From Octopus sinensis (Eukaryota), in contig NC_043001.1 in assembly GCF_006345805.1 (NCBI RefSeq), forward strand, positions 38,564,001-38,628,000: a stretch of DNA of 64,000 nucleotides, in the 5' to 3' direction. Shown here piece after piece: positions 23,995 to 36,682 of the stretch (position 1 is its first letter; every line of letters starts with the position of its first letter). The position numbers and the translations under genes are program-made. The notes under the pieces are model-generated. The model worked only from the letters and a program-made list of their open reading frames with translations. It made no database searches and was not told the origin of the DNA.

Positions 23995-26900
23995 TGTGGG
24001 ATGACGTCAGCAGCTGGGGAGCTGACCGGAACTTGGGGCTGACCGGAAGAGGAAGGGGCAGGCAAGGGAGCATTGGGCTTTTTCGATCGGGGTAGCCAAC
24101 AGGGCTGGACGTGTGAGCGCTTCGACAAGATAAGGGAAAAGCAGCTGATATTTTTAGCGTTCGGGTCGGGCCTCGTGGAAGGGTGCGTTACCACCGGAGA
24201 GGTCTGCGTCGACGAAGAAAAGGTAGGTGTCTTTACTTCAAATCTCCCGCATACACTACAATCTATTTCGGCACTCCACATAAGACGTCACCACGATAGC
24301 AGCTAAGATCAGGATCGCCAGCGACGTTATCAGACCCTTTAATGGTGAGGGCAATGTAGTGACCTGGATGCGTAAAATCAGGCTTGTGGCGAGACTGCAA
24401 GGCATTAGCGACGTGGCTAGCCTTATGGCACTATATTTGGAAGGGAGCGCTTTGACTCTATATCTTGAGATGGAGGAAGAAGAACGTCTGAGCGAGGAGA
24501 AGATTGAGCAGCAATGTAGAGATAGTGGTGCGAGGCGCGACGCTAAGGCTGCAAGTAATTGCGGTTGAACGCGTGATAGACGGGGTTGATGGGGTGATGA
24601 GGATGGACGCCATCAACCGCCTCGGTGGCGTCAGTATTGTAGATGAGATCACGTTCGGAAGCGTGGGGGCGTCGTGCGCTGTTAGTCAGGATCGCCAGAG
24701 AAGCAGAGTCCCGTGAGAGACTGCACCGCTTACACCATTGAGGTCAAAGATTTTCAGGCAGCGTTCGATGGTCAGCGGTGGACGATAGAGTGGCGATGTA
24801 AAGACGAGCCCCCGATGCTGAAAAACAGGGTGAGCTGCTACCAGCACACCCTGAAAGGTCACGCCAAGGTCGAATTTGAAGACGAGGTAGAGAGGTGGGT
24901 CGAGGAAGGAGTGGGCGGAGTGCTACCTCTGATGGCGGTGGTGCAGCCGACGGAGGGAAAAGTCAGCCCGGTGCTGGACTTTAGAGAGCTAAACGAGCAT
25001 ATATCGTGCCACACGGGAGGCGAGGCGATGGACGTTTATGGCGAGACGTTACGTGTGTGGATACAGTCGACCAAGGCAGCGACGATTGTCGACTTGAAAT
25101 TGGCATACTTGCAGCTCCATGTGAGCGACAAATTGTAGCGATATCAGCTGGTGCGGTACAAGGGCCAGACGTACTGTTTAACCAGGCTGGGTTTCGGACT
25201 GAATTCTGCTCCGAAGATCATGGCGGTAGTGCTTAAGTCCATCCTAGGGAAAGCGGACAAGATTAGAAAGGCACCAGTTCCTACATAGACGTCATTTTGG
25301 TGGACGAAACTGTAGTGCCTGCCAACGAGGTAGTGAGACATCTGGAGAAGTTTGGACTGATTGCGAAGCCATCGTAGTCGATGGAAGGGGGAGCTGCATT
25401 GGGGCTGAAGCTGCGAAGAGATAGATCGGGTGAGTTCCAGCGTCAGCAGGAGAGAGCTGTTCTCGGTGTGTGGGAAGTTGGTCGGTCACTACCCAATTTC
25501 TGGATGGCTGGGCACAGCGTGCAGTTACACCAAGAGACGAGGAGAGGGGGAGAGTTGGGGCGACAAGGTGAGAGAAGGGACAGTGGCAATGATGCAGGAA
25601 ATCCTAGAGAGGACGAGAGCGGAAGACCTGATCAGGAGGAACTGGTATGTGCCCAAGACGGAATGCGGGACTGTCTGGTGTGATGCTAGCAGTATAGTGA
25701 TAGGGGTTGTGTTGGAGATTGAAGGTGCTGAGGTGGAGGACGCAGCCTTGCTTCGGAAAGCAGATGACTTTAACTACATCAATGTCGCTGAATTAGATGC
25801 GGTGCTGAGGGGGGTGAACTTGGCCCTGAAATGGGGGCTGTGCTCAATCAAAATCTGGACTTTTTTGGCCACTGTGCTTGGCTGGGTAGGATCAGGGATC
25901 ACCGGTGAGAGGAGAGTTCAGACGAAAGGTGCCTTGGAGATGTTGGTGAAGTGCCATCTAGGAGTTCTAGGAGAATTGATTGCTGAGTTCAGACTGAAGC
26001 CGAACATGGTTTTCATGCCTTCGGAGAGAAACAGGGCAGACGCCCTGACCAAGGTGAAAAGGGCATGGTTGGAGGATCTGGAGAAGGCACAGAAAGGGAT
26101 AGCTGCAGTGTGTCGGTTGGAAGACTCTGAACTGAAGAGACTGCACACTATGCATCACTTGGTTGTGGACAGGACCCTGTATCTCGCGAAGAAGATTGAT
26201 GCTGATGTCACTAGGAGAAGAATCCGGAAAGTGGTCGGGAGCTGCGACAGGTGTCAGTCCATTGACCCTGTTCCGTGTGGGAATGAGCAAGGAAACCTTT
26301 CGGTGGAGCACAACTGGAAGAGGTTAGCTGTGGATGTGATGCACTACTATCAGGGAATGTATCTCTCTATGGTTGACTGCAGGCCAGGCTGGCTGGCCAT
26401 TTGGAGGGAGTTGAGAACGGGCATTGCTGACGAGATTGCGCAGATTTTGAACGGGATATTTTTAGAGGGGGTTCCCGTGGCAGAACTGCTAATGGACAAT
26501 GGGGTGGCATTTCGTTTGGAAGCGTTGAGGGAAAAGCTTGACCAGAGCAAAGTGTGTCGCTTGTTCAGAGCAGTGTATAGGCCGAGCAGTAATGGAATCA
26601 TAGAGAGGCACCATCGGACAGTCAAGGCCATAGTGGAAAGAGGTCACATTTCGCCGCTGGAAGCAGTTTTCTGGTACAACATGTCTACCCGATCCAGACA
26701 AGCTGAAGAATCTGTGCCACACAGAGTGGTATTTAAATATGAATGGAGGCATCCGAGTAAAGTGCCAGAGTGTCACGAGGAAGAGAAGGGACCCACTTGC
26801 GTGAAAATAGGAGGGGAAGTCTGGGTTAAGCCACCGAAGGCGCACTGTATGTCTCAATGGAGCAGAGGAACAGTGATGGTGGTCAATTCCAGAAACAACA

Positions 26901-27131
26901 TCTCCGTGGATGGAATGCCGCGACATGTCTTGGACCTTTGCAGGATTGTTACTTCGTCGGATGACGATTGTGGAGAGGAGGAGAATGAGACGCCTAGCCT
27001 GAGAAGATCTCGACATGCAAGGCACCCTCCTGGTTGAATGGAAGGGTGTGTTACTACTGGAGAGGTCTGCATCAACAAAGAGAAGGTAGGTGTCTTTACT
27101 TCAAATCTCCCGCATACACTACAATCTATTT
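23995..27131 (+). mobile_element. LTR retrotransposon (gag remnant, protease, RT, RNase H, DDE integrase) inserted in a mariner with CTAA TSD
   Basis: 5' LTR TGTGGG...CTCCACA at 23995-24280; 3' LTR remnant 27039-27131 matches 24176-24268; CTAA at 23991-23994 and 27132-27135. Motifs RPFNGEGNVVTW (gag), VLDFRELN, DLKLAYLQLHV, TRLGFGLNSAP, WCDAS, INVAELDAV, RNRADALT, H..H...C..C, AVD...MDNG...NGIIERHHRT. Confidence 0.9.
25430..27037 (+). pseudogene. Pol RNase H-integrase ORF of the LTR element
   Basis: 535-aa open frame. The upstream RT is frameshifted and has stops, so the element is non-autonomous. Confidence 0.85.
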
Positions 27132-27621
27132 CTAAGTAACTAGACAATTAATTTTGAGAAATACTGCACACAACTGGATGAGTTAAAAATAGCAATTCAA
27201 GAGAAACGTCCAGAATTGGCCAACAGGAAGGGTGTTATTTTCCAACATGATAATGCAAGACTGCACGTTTCTTTGGGAACCAGCCAAAAATTGCTGCAGC
27301 TCAGCTGGGATATGTTAACCCACCCTCCATATTCACCAGATATTGCTCCTTTGAATTTCCACTTATTCAGGTCTCTGCAGAATAGTCTTAATGGTAAAAA
27401 TTTCAATTCCTTGGATGATGTAAAAAGATACCGTGATGAATTCTTTGCCACGAAACTACCTCAATTCTGGGAAGAGGGTATTTTCAAGCTAAAGGAAAGA
27501 TGGAGAATAATTGTGCAACAAAATGGTTCATATTTGGTTGATTAAAAATGTAATGGCAAGTATTTATCAACCTTTTTTCTTTCCTTTAAAAACCAGCACA
27601 AACTTCCCGGACACCCCAATA
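27132..27621 (+). mobile_element. Mariner transposase, right part and 3' TIR
   Basis: TINFEKYC...FQHDNARLH...HPPYSPDIAPLNFHLF...GIFKLKERWRIIVQQNGSYLVD*. Ends AACTTCCCGGACACCCCAATA followed by TA. Confidence 0.9.
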
Positions 27622-27639
27622 TATAAGGAATGACTAAAT

Positions 27640-28720
27640 GAATAAGATGTCTCCAGCTCAGGAAGAAACAATATGAATGAGAGTCTGTTCTTAAGAGAAC
27701 AAGAAAAGAGTAACTATGCAAATTAGATAGCTACAATTAAGGTTCAAATATGATTCATGATACAAAGCAGCCCAATACATAAGTAAAATTTTCTATTTAA
27801 GAAGAAGTGTATCTGGATGAGGTCATTGCTATGAAACAAATAAGTGAGATCCTGCTACTAAAGAAAAAAAATATGTAAATGAAATTTCTAGCTACTAAGA
27901 TAGAATAAATGAAACTGGATTCTTGCAATTTACACAGCAACTTTATAATTGAAAAATCTACTATGCAGTGAAAAACATGTTACTAAGAGACAAAACTGTA
28001 AATCTGAGGTCTGTGCTATTTTTGGAGTTTCTATAGGAATTTTATTGCAACTAAAGAAAATAACAATATAAACAAGAATTGTTTTTCTATAAGAGCTTGC
28101 CATTAAGAGGTATGTAACTATTTAAAAAGGGGCACTGTTCCTTGGAGAGCAGATATGTAAATAAGATAACTGCAATTAAAAAGCAACTATGCCCATGACT
28201 ATACAAATTAGATCTTTGTGACAAGGAAAGTGCTATTGAGAATTCTAGTTTTAAGAAGACAAATATGCAAATGAGATCCCTTGCATTTAGAGAATAAAAT
28301 ATACAAAAGTAAGTCTCTGTTACTAAGAGAAGTATTCAAAAGAGATCACATAAGATCTCTACTATTAATATTGGTTTCAAAATTTGGCACAAGGTCAGCA
28401 ATAAGTACTCAGCTGATACTTATTTTATTGACCCCAAAAGAATGAAAGGTAAAGTTGACTTCAATGGAATTTGAACTCAGAACATCACCAAACACTTTGA
28501 TGGGCATGCTAGCAATTTTGCCAGCTCACCACCCTGTCTCTGCTATTAATATTGCAATAATACAAATTAGACGCCTGCAACCAGAAAAGCAATTATGTCA
28601 AATGAGTTATCTAAATGACACCCCTGCTTGTTAGTGAATATATATGCAAATGAGATCCTTGTAAATAAGAAAGAAGGCAAAGAAGATCCTTGCCAGCAAG
28701 AGAGACACTATAAAAATGAA
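27640..28720. repeat. Highly degenerate minisatellite of about 35-38 bp (consensus near AATATGCAAATGAGATCCCTGCTACTAAGAGAA)
   Basis: Recognisable units at about 27668, 27842, 27871, 28152, 28261, 28299 and 28641. A SINE interrupts at about 28370-28540. Confidence 0.55.
28370..28540 (-). mobile_element. SINE (3037 family), decayed
   Basis: GACCCCAAAAGAATGAAAGGTAAAGTTGACTTCAATGGAATTTGAACTCAGAAC body. Confidence 0.7.
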
Positions 28721-29789
28721 GGAACATTTGAGGGATAGGACAGATAGCATGTAGGATGTGATGGAATAGGATGAGATGGTATGGGAAGAGAGAAAGTATG
28801 ATGTGAGAGAGAGGGAGAGAAAGAGAGAGAAGCAGACAGACAGATAGAATGGTAATATAGGAAATATATAGTTGGAATGGACAAGATATTATTGGAGAGC
28901 ATGCATGATAGGATATGAAGATTGCAGAGGATAGCTGTGATAGAAGAGGATGAAATGGGATGGGATTCGATGGGATATTCTGGAATATACTGAGTGAAGT
29001 TTAGTCAATTGTTGATGTGCAGTTAATTTCATTGATTCTCTTATTATATCAGTACATTCAGCGACCCTTAAAGTTTAAATAAAAGCAAATTGACTCGAAT
29101 GGGATATGGATTTGGAAGTTGGAGAGAAGGAAACTACTTATAGTTTCATTATGTCGAGTGTTTTTGGTTAGTTTTTACTTGGCTGCATTCGATATTTAAG
29201 ATGTACAGAATCCCAGTTTGATCACCTTTTTTGTCTTGGACAAAAGATTTATTCTAAAAGATCTGAGCAATTTATCTCTTTCCTTGACATGAAAGTGAGA
29301 TTTTAGTTTAATTTCGTTCTGTGTTAATTGTTATTATCGTTGTTGATGTGTGCGCTGGTATGGTTTTGCCGTCGTGTTCAAAATTTACACATTCAACACA
29401 CGTTAGAAGACATGGAGTGAGTAATGGCTCAAGGGAAATAATTCGGAAATTAAATATATAATACCTGTTAAAGAGTTCTAACGTTGGTCCACGGCAGTAA
29501 TGGAGGGGAGATAACTCGGGAAGATTGTTGACAGTATATGAATGAAAGCGGTTACAGATGGAGAGAGACAGTCAGATAATAGAAAGAGATATTAACAGTG
29601 AAATAGTAGAGAAATAAAGTGAAAGAAAATGTGAAAATAAAGGGATAATTAGTTAAAGAAATAAAGAAGAAAAGAGAAAAATAATACTGAGACTGGAAAG
29701 GGTTAAGGGGGGGGAGGTCTACCTAGTAAAATAACAGAACAAGGGAGGCAATCCAGGAAGATTAATTAGTAGGATCATACATAAATATT

Positions 29790-32700
29790 CATCATGATCA
29801 TTTCGTGAACATCGCGAAGCGATGAGTACTTTTCCCAAACGTCATTTGTGATTATGTGACCTCTGATGGCTATGAAGTCCGATTCTGGAGAGGCAGATAT
29901 GTCCGCAGGTGGAGCATGTAAAGCCTTGCTGCTGTTGACTTCCAGGGTTCTGCACGTGCCACCGGGCGCGGCGTGCCCCTTCACTCTGCAGTAGATCTTC
30001 TTGGAGTTTGCTGGTGCCAGTCTTGTAAGCATCGTGCCAGCTAGCGCGATCTGCAGCCATTGATTCGAGGCTGTCGGGAGGGATATAACACTTTTTCAGT
30101 GTTGCCTTTAGGTGATCTCTAAAGCGCTTGTTGCTGGCCACCGACAGAACGTCTTCTATCTTCATGTTCGCCGCACATAACAAGGCGGAGCAATCGACTT
30201 GAAGGCATTCGAATGACATGCCCTGACCATCTGAGTTGGCGGTTAACGACAGTTACCTCCAATGGCTGGCTGTTTGTTCGGCCCTGTATCTCAGCATGAG
30301 GGATCCTGTTCCACCAGTGTAAGTCAAGGAGTTGTTGAAGGCCAGGAACCATTCGAGCATCTTAATATGGCGCCGGTAAGGCACCCAAGACTCGTAGCCA
30401 TATATCAGGATTGAGACACAAACAGCATTGTAGACCGCCACTCTTGTTCTGATGTTGATGTTTTTGTTGAGAAGGAGGCGGGTACTTAGCCGACCAAACG
30501 CAGCAGAGGCAAGATGAATATGGCGCTGAATATCGTCTGTCAGATCGAGGACTGAGCCAAGGTACGTGAATTGGTTAACATTAGCAATTGTCGCATCTTC
30601 AACATGGAAGGAGCATGGGTTGGTGTCGGAAGCACAAGGCTGTTGGAGGATTTCCGTCTTCTTGGTATTGATGACTAGGCCAGCATGGTTGTATGCATCT
30701 GACATGTGGTCCAAGAGCCTTTGAACGCCAGCAGAGCTATGGCTGACAAGTGCCGTATCATCCGCATATTGCAACTTGAAGATGTGTTGAGATGACGTCT
30801 TTGTTACAAATTTCAGGTGTCCCAGATTGAAAATACTACCATCTGGCCGGTACATGATAGTTATTGCATCTTTCAGTTTGGATGAATGCCTGACGTGGAG
30901 GGCTACGGCTGCATGTAGAAGTTGAAGATGACCGGGGTAAATACGCATTCTTGCTTGACACCGTCTTGAACCGAAAAGAATCAGTCGACTCTGGCCATCA
31001 TTCCATTGTGAAAGTCCTTTGGAATGGCAAGACCTTACCAGCAACCGAAAGCAAAGAGATGCCTCGGCTATTTTCCACAGACTACTCTGTCACCTTTGTT
31101 TTTGTATATGAAAGCATGAAAGCGGGCTTAGAGGAACCGGCCGCCATACCTCAAGATCTCAGCTGGCAGATGTTCAATGCTGGATATCTTGTTCAACGTG
31201 AGGTCATTTATCGCAGATTCAATTTATCCAAAGGTTGGTGTATCATGTACACAAACGATGGGTGTAGTGAGGAGATGTTGTCGAGAAAAGAAGGGTCTAT
31301 GGGGTTTCTACAGTTGAAATGCCATCTCGGTCCTTGATGAGTGATGTGAATCATCATTCCATATGGGGCAGAAGGATCCTCTAATTGTAGTCTTTATGGA
31401 TTCGTAAAAAGCTTGGATGTTGCTTGTGTCAGCATGGCCTTGTATTTCTTGTGCTTTAGTCTTCGACCAGTTGTTCTGCATGGTTCTAAGTTTTCGCTGG
31501 ACCTCAGAGCGGAGGCTTGCCCAAAGTCTGTGGTTGGCTGCTGTTGGTTGACAGAGATGTCTCTGTGTGCAGCATTCATCTCACGTAGGAGTGAGTAGTT
31601 GATGACGTCTATTCAGAACACCAAATATATCTTTGGCAGCATTAATGATAATAATGGTTGCTAGAGTGTCCCACTCTGACGTCAAAGTTTGTCTATCAGT
31701 TGGTCCAGGCTCAGCATCAGGGAGTTCGGCAAACTTTTGTTCCAGTGTTAGTGCCAGTTTCTGGCGGGATTCACGCGACTGCAGAGTTACAACATTTAGC
31801 ATCTACTTCAGATTTTGCTTATGGATAGGAGGACGAATTTGCAAGTGAAGCCGGCATCGGACCAAACGATGGTTAGTCCAGCAGTTGGCACCATGCATAA
31901 CTCTGGTGATTTTCATATCCTGCAGGTCTGTGTGATGGCATAGTCAGTCAATCAAGTGCCATTGCTTGGACCTGGGGTGCATCCTCGTTGTTTTGTGTTT
32001 CTCAGCAAGTTGGAACATTGAGTTTGTGATGTAAAGGGAAAATTCAGAATGAAGTTCGAGGAGGCGAAGGTGGTTTGAATTGGTGTTTCCAATGCTGTGC
32101 CAACCGAGAATACCATGTTAAATGTGATGGTTTGATCCCACTCCTGCGTTAAAGTTGCCTAAAAGCAAGAGTTTGTCTTCATGTGGAATGTGCTGCAGAG
32201 CAGCATACAGGGAAGTGTAGAAGGCATCTTTGTCCTCTTTGGCTGATGTGAGAGTTGGTGCATGAGCACTAAGCAGTGTGGCCCAATGGCCATGGGTTAG
32301 TGGGATGTGCATCGTCATGAGCCATTCACTGATGCCAACTGGTGACTCAGCGATGGAACCAAAGCTGATCTGACAGCAAAAGCAATGCCATGCATGCGTG
32401 GGGAGCCAGCAGGGTGACCTTTCCAGAAGAAAGTGTATCCTTCGCCTACCTCCGTAAGTGACTTCTCCTCAAGGAAGTGAGTTTCACTGAGGGTGGCAAC
32501 GTCGATGTTGTAGCATAGGAGTTCCACCGCAACAAAGGCAGTGCGGTGATTGGGAGGGAGGTATTAGTGTTATCCAGTAAAGTTCAGAATTCCAGGTTGC
32601 AACATTCAGGGGTTAAATTTTACTTTTAATGTTTCAACTGCATTTGAAAGACATTCCGACGGATGCAGTTGTCCATCCAGATTAGGTGTGTGAGCAGGCG

Positions 32701-33540
32701 TTTTTTAGGCCACATTTTCTAGGCCTTTCCTCATCTTGAGATGTGTAGCGCATCCTTAAACAAGGCTGCTCAGTCATCTCAGTAGGATCGATTGTCTCGG
32801 CTACTCGTCCAGGAAGCAAACGACCATCTTGCTGAGACCGCCTGTGTGCAAGCGCAGAACTAAGGGCTTGCAGCCAGCCTAAGCCTGCCCCTGCCATTCG
32901 GCACTCATCACGATGGGACTTCGAAACAATCGTAGACGATGTAGGAAACGATTGCTCTAGGAAGTTTATAGTGGAGAAACGGTTGCACAATCCGTGACCC
33001 ACTAACTGGCACTGCATGGAGTTATCCAATAACATGGAGTAAACCAAGATGGCTGGTTCCATACAGCGCTACAACATCATACTGCAGACCCTGAGTCTAG
33101 GGAAGCATCACACGGATTTTAGATTGGTGTTATCATCATCTAGGGAATATGCCCGTTTGTAGCTAAAGTACTTCCCTGTCTTGAATAGTTTTATGTTCAG
33201 AGTTGTCCTTCTCCTAGTCCTAACAGGTGCTCACTTTGGACCAGGACGAACCTGGGAGCAATGACAAATTAAGAGTTAGCCCCACTTTCCTCAATGCAAA
33301 ACCCATCGCCATCGATGCAGTTTCAGATCTTGTCCTGGATCATTTGTTGGATGGCCGTTGACAGTTCATGAGTTCCTCCGCCTTATAACAGGTCTTATTT
33401 TTCATTCCATAAGGTGTCCAACAACCACCCTCCTCACTAAGCAAGCTTGGTGGGGTTGCCAGTTTAGTTGCCGATGACCCGACCATGCAACAGGTTGTAC
33501 AGTATTACGTGTTGCCAGTAGTACACAAGAGCGACCTGAC
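29790..33540 (-). mobile_element. Near full-length decayed RTE-clade LINE
   Basis: APE motifs NIDVATLSETH and LLLGNFNAGVG; RT motif LQYADDTAL; C-terminal CSTCGHICLSRIGLHSH zinc finger; 5' UTR extending to about 33540. Many frameshifts. Confidence 0.9.
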
Positions 33541-34142
33541 ACAAATAAGTACTACTATTTATAGAGATTATAGTAACAAAGATCAGATTGAGCAAGACAT
33601 AAGATATCTAAGTTGCTAAGACAGGTTTCAGCTTTCATCTTTAGTAAATTTGCTTTGAACATTACATATCTCATTTCAGAGCTTTCGTATCTCGATAAGA
33701 AAGTGATAGCAAGTATGACTGAAAAAAGTGAGCAAAAAGAAAAGGACTCATGGTGAGATTACTGATTATAAAAGGTAATAAGAATGAAAACATAAAATAA
33801 GGAGGCTGAGATTGATCAGAGAAACAAACACCACAACATGTGGACTCCAGCAGTAGAAAACAGCACCTAAATATCGAATTCTGCAAGCCAGAAAGCCAAA
33901 CTACTTGAAGTTGGCAGTGATTGTTATTAGCTGGGAAAGTGCAAAAAGTTTTTTTTGAAATGAAATAAAATAAAAAAAAAATCCTATGTATTTAAATGGT
34001 AATTGTAAAATCCGAACTTTTGTAAATTACTTTTGATTTATTTCAACTTTTAATAAGCTAAAATATAAGAATTACAAGACAATAGGATTTAAGAAATTCT
34101 GTAAATTAGTTTTCACTAACCTGTACAGATGGTCCATATACC

Positions 34143-35440
34143 GGGATCTGGACAAAAGAGACCCCTAGGACAAAACCCCCTTGGACAAAAGTTCCCAGTA
34201 CAAAATACCCCTCAAAAATTTAAATAAAAAAAACAGGCACAGGAGTGGCTATGTGGTAAGTAGCTTGCTTACCAACCACATGGTTCTGGGTTCATTCCCA
34301 CTGCGTGGCACCTTGGGCAAGTGTCTTCTACTATAGCCTCGGGCCGACCAAAGCCTTGTATATATGTATGTGTGTGTCTATGTTTGTCCCCCCAACATCG
34401 CTTGACGCTGGTGTGTTTACGTCCCCGCAACTTAGTAGTTCAGCAAAAGAGACCAATAGAATAAGTACTAGGCTTCCAAAGAATAAGTCCTGGAGTATAT
34501 ATACATATATACGACGGGCTTCTTTTAGTTTCCGTCTACCAAATCCACTCACAAGGCTTTGGTCGGCCCACAGCTATAGTAGAAGACACTTGCCCAAGGT
34601 GCCACACAGTGGGACTGAACCTGGAACCATGTGGTTCGCAAGCAAGCTACTTACCACACAGCCACTCTTACGTCTATGTTAGTAAACAAAATATTCAATC
34701 GAAAAGCATTGTCAAATCTATATCCCTCACAATGGTATATTCCATGTGTTTCAATTATTTTCCTCATTTTTAGAATAATTTTAAAGTTTGAAAATGAAAA
34801 TAAATCAAACTTAACATCAATAATAGAATAACAGAACACAAGTCTCTTTACTACTCAATGTACATATTTTCTAAATTCTAACAAATGGGAAAGCATTTAC
34901 TTCAAGAAATGTGTAGAAACATAAAAACGATTAGTACATCAGTGTTATGATTCCATTAAACTTTCAATGACCAGGAAAAGTTCAAAAGGTCAACTTATTC
35001 TTATTAATCTGTAAGTGCTGAGAGAAAAAAACAAAAGACTTTAAACATATATTTTAAAATGACTGAAACAAGTAAAAAGATTTTTAGAAAATATAAAAAA
35101 CGACGGGGTTATTTAAAAATTTCAAGAGATTTGGCTGTTATTTCTAGCATGTAGAGATACCTTCTAAGGTTAACTTCATGTGCTGGTTGAAAATCATTAA
35201 AAAAATTCTGGAGTCATTAGATTCAACTAAAAATTCTTCAAGGTGGTGCCTCAGTATGGCCTCAGTCTAATGACTGAAAGTAAAAAGTGAAAAAAATGAA
35301 AAAAATAATCGAAAAATATAACTGTGGGGCTTTTATTGGTGGGGCTTTTGTCCACTTTCACACTTTAACTATGGGGTTCTGGTCCAAGGGGCTTTTGTCT
35401 GTGGGACTTTTGTCCAAGGGGGCTTTTGTCCGACACTCCC
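34143..35440. mobile_element. MULE-like MITE with repeated GGACAAAAG subterminal motifs, interrupted by SINEs
   Basis: Left end has 3x GGACAAAA with CCCC runs. Right end has repeated GGGGCTTTTGTCC in inverted orientation. Confidence 0.6.
34245..34672. mobile_element. Two tRNA-headed SINEs in inverted, tail-to-tail arrangement
   Basis: Plus-strand head GGAGTGGCTATGTGGTAAGTAGCTTGC...GGCCGACCAAAGCCTTG and the same head reverse-complemented at about 34545-34672. Confidence 0.85.
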
Positions 35441-36024
35441 ATATACTCTATGTCACATACATCCCTAAAATAGTTACACCACTTATTCTTTTTTTTGATA
35501 AAACAACATTGTATTTTTATCTATACTTAAATATATATACATAAGTTTATATTTCTTTATTCTCTTTTTCTCACTCCTTTGCACACACTGATGCACACAC
35601 CATCTATTCTTTCATCTCTAACCTGTCAACAATCTTCCCAAGTTACTCTCCTTAATTTACTGCTATGATCCAACGTTAAAACTCATTTCCTGAGTTTTAT
35701 ACATTTGCAATCTGAATTCTCTCTCTTCACTCATTGCTTTACTCACTTTCACCACCTTCATATTCAGGTAGTAAAACTCGACTGCAAAACCCAAAACTAT
35801 AGCAACAGCAACAACAACAATACCAATTAGCATAGAACAGATGAAAATTTAAAGTTCTATCTTCAAAATTCCAGAAATATATTGCTGAAAGATGAAGTTT
35901 ATATCTTTACATTAATAACATATTTTTACAGGAAGAAAAGAAAGGAAGAGCATTAAAAGAATAAAAGATCGTACCATTAAAAAAAAACAAACTAAAAATG
36001 AGCTGGCTGGCATATATATAAACG

Positions 36025-36260
36025 TGAGGGCACATGGCTCAGTGGTCAGAGTGTTAGACTCACAATCATGAGGTTATGAGTTTGATTTCCAGACCGGGCT
36101 GTGTGTTGTGTTCTTGTGCAAGACACTTTGTTTCACATTGCTCCAGTTCACTAAGCTGTAGAAATGAGTTGCAACATCACTGGTACCAAGCTGTACCAGC
36201 CTTTGCCTTTCGCTTGGAGAGGAGATGCTGGTCTGCATGGGTGACTGCCAGCATGTATAC
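36025..36260 (+). mobile_element. tRNA-derived SINE
   Basis: TGGCTCAGTGG A box, degenerate B box, GTGTTCTTGTGCAAGACACTTT central domain. Confidence 0.7.
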
Positions 36261-36444
36261 TTATGTGCAAATATACACATATGCTTCAGTAAGCATCAGG
36301 AGGTAAGGATGTCTGTTCCCACAGTACCAGTGCTAGTACCTTTGGGATACTAGAATGGGGATTTGTAGAGATCAGCACCTTGGACTTCAGGACTAGGAAA
36401 TTATTAATGTCTATTGGCAATTTCCACACCAATGATAACAAAAG

Positions 36445-36682
36445 CTTGAGTGCTGTATTGTGTTATTGAGTGCTGTATTGTGTTATTTAGACAACACCTA
36501 CTTGAGTGCTGTATTGTGTTATTTAGACAACACCTACTTGAGTGCTGTATTGTGTTATTTAGACAACACCTACTTGAGTGCTGTATTGTGTTATTTAAAC
36601 AACACCTACTTGAGTGCTGTATTGTGTTATTTAGACAACACCTACTTGAATGCTGTATTGTGTTACTTAGACAACACCTACT
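36445..36682. repeat. 36-bp tandem minisatellite, about 6 copies plus a partial copy
   Basis: Unit TGAGTGCTGTATTGTGTTATTTAGACAACACCTACT. Copies are near identical and have no spacers. Confidence 0.95.

Noticed and set aside
30951-31337. Plus-strand 128-aa ORF as a host gene
   Set aside because: It is the antisense frame of the RTE reverse transcriptase region.
36445-36682. CRISPR array (36-bp repeat with an internal palindrome)
   Set aside because: The units are head-to-tail with no spacers, there are no cas genes, and the context is eukaryotic.
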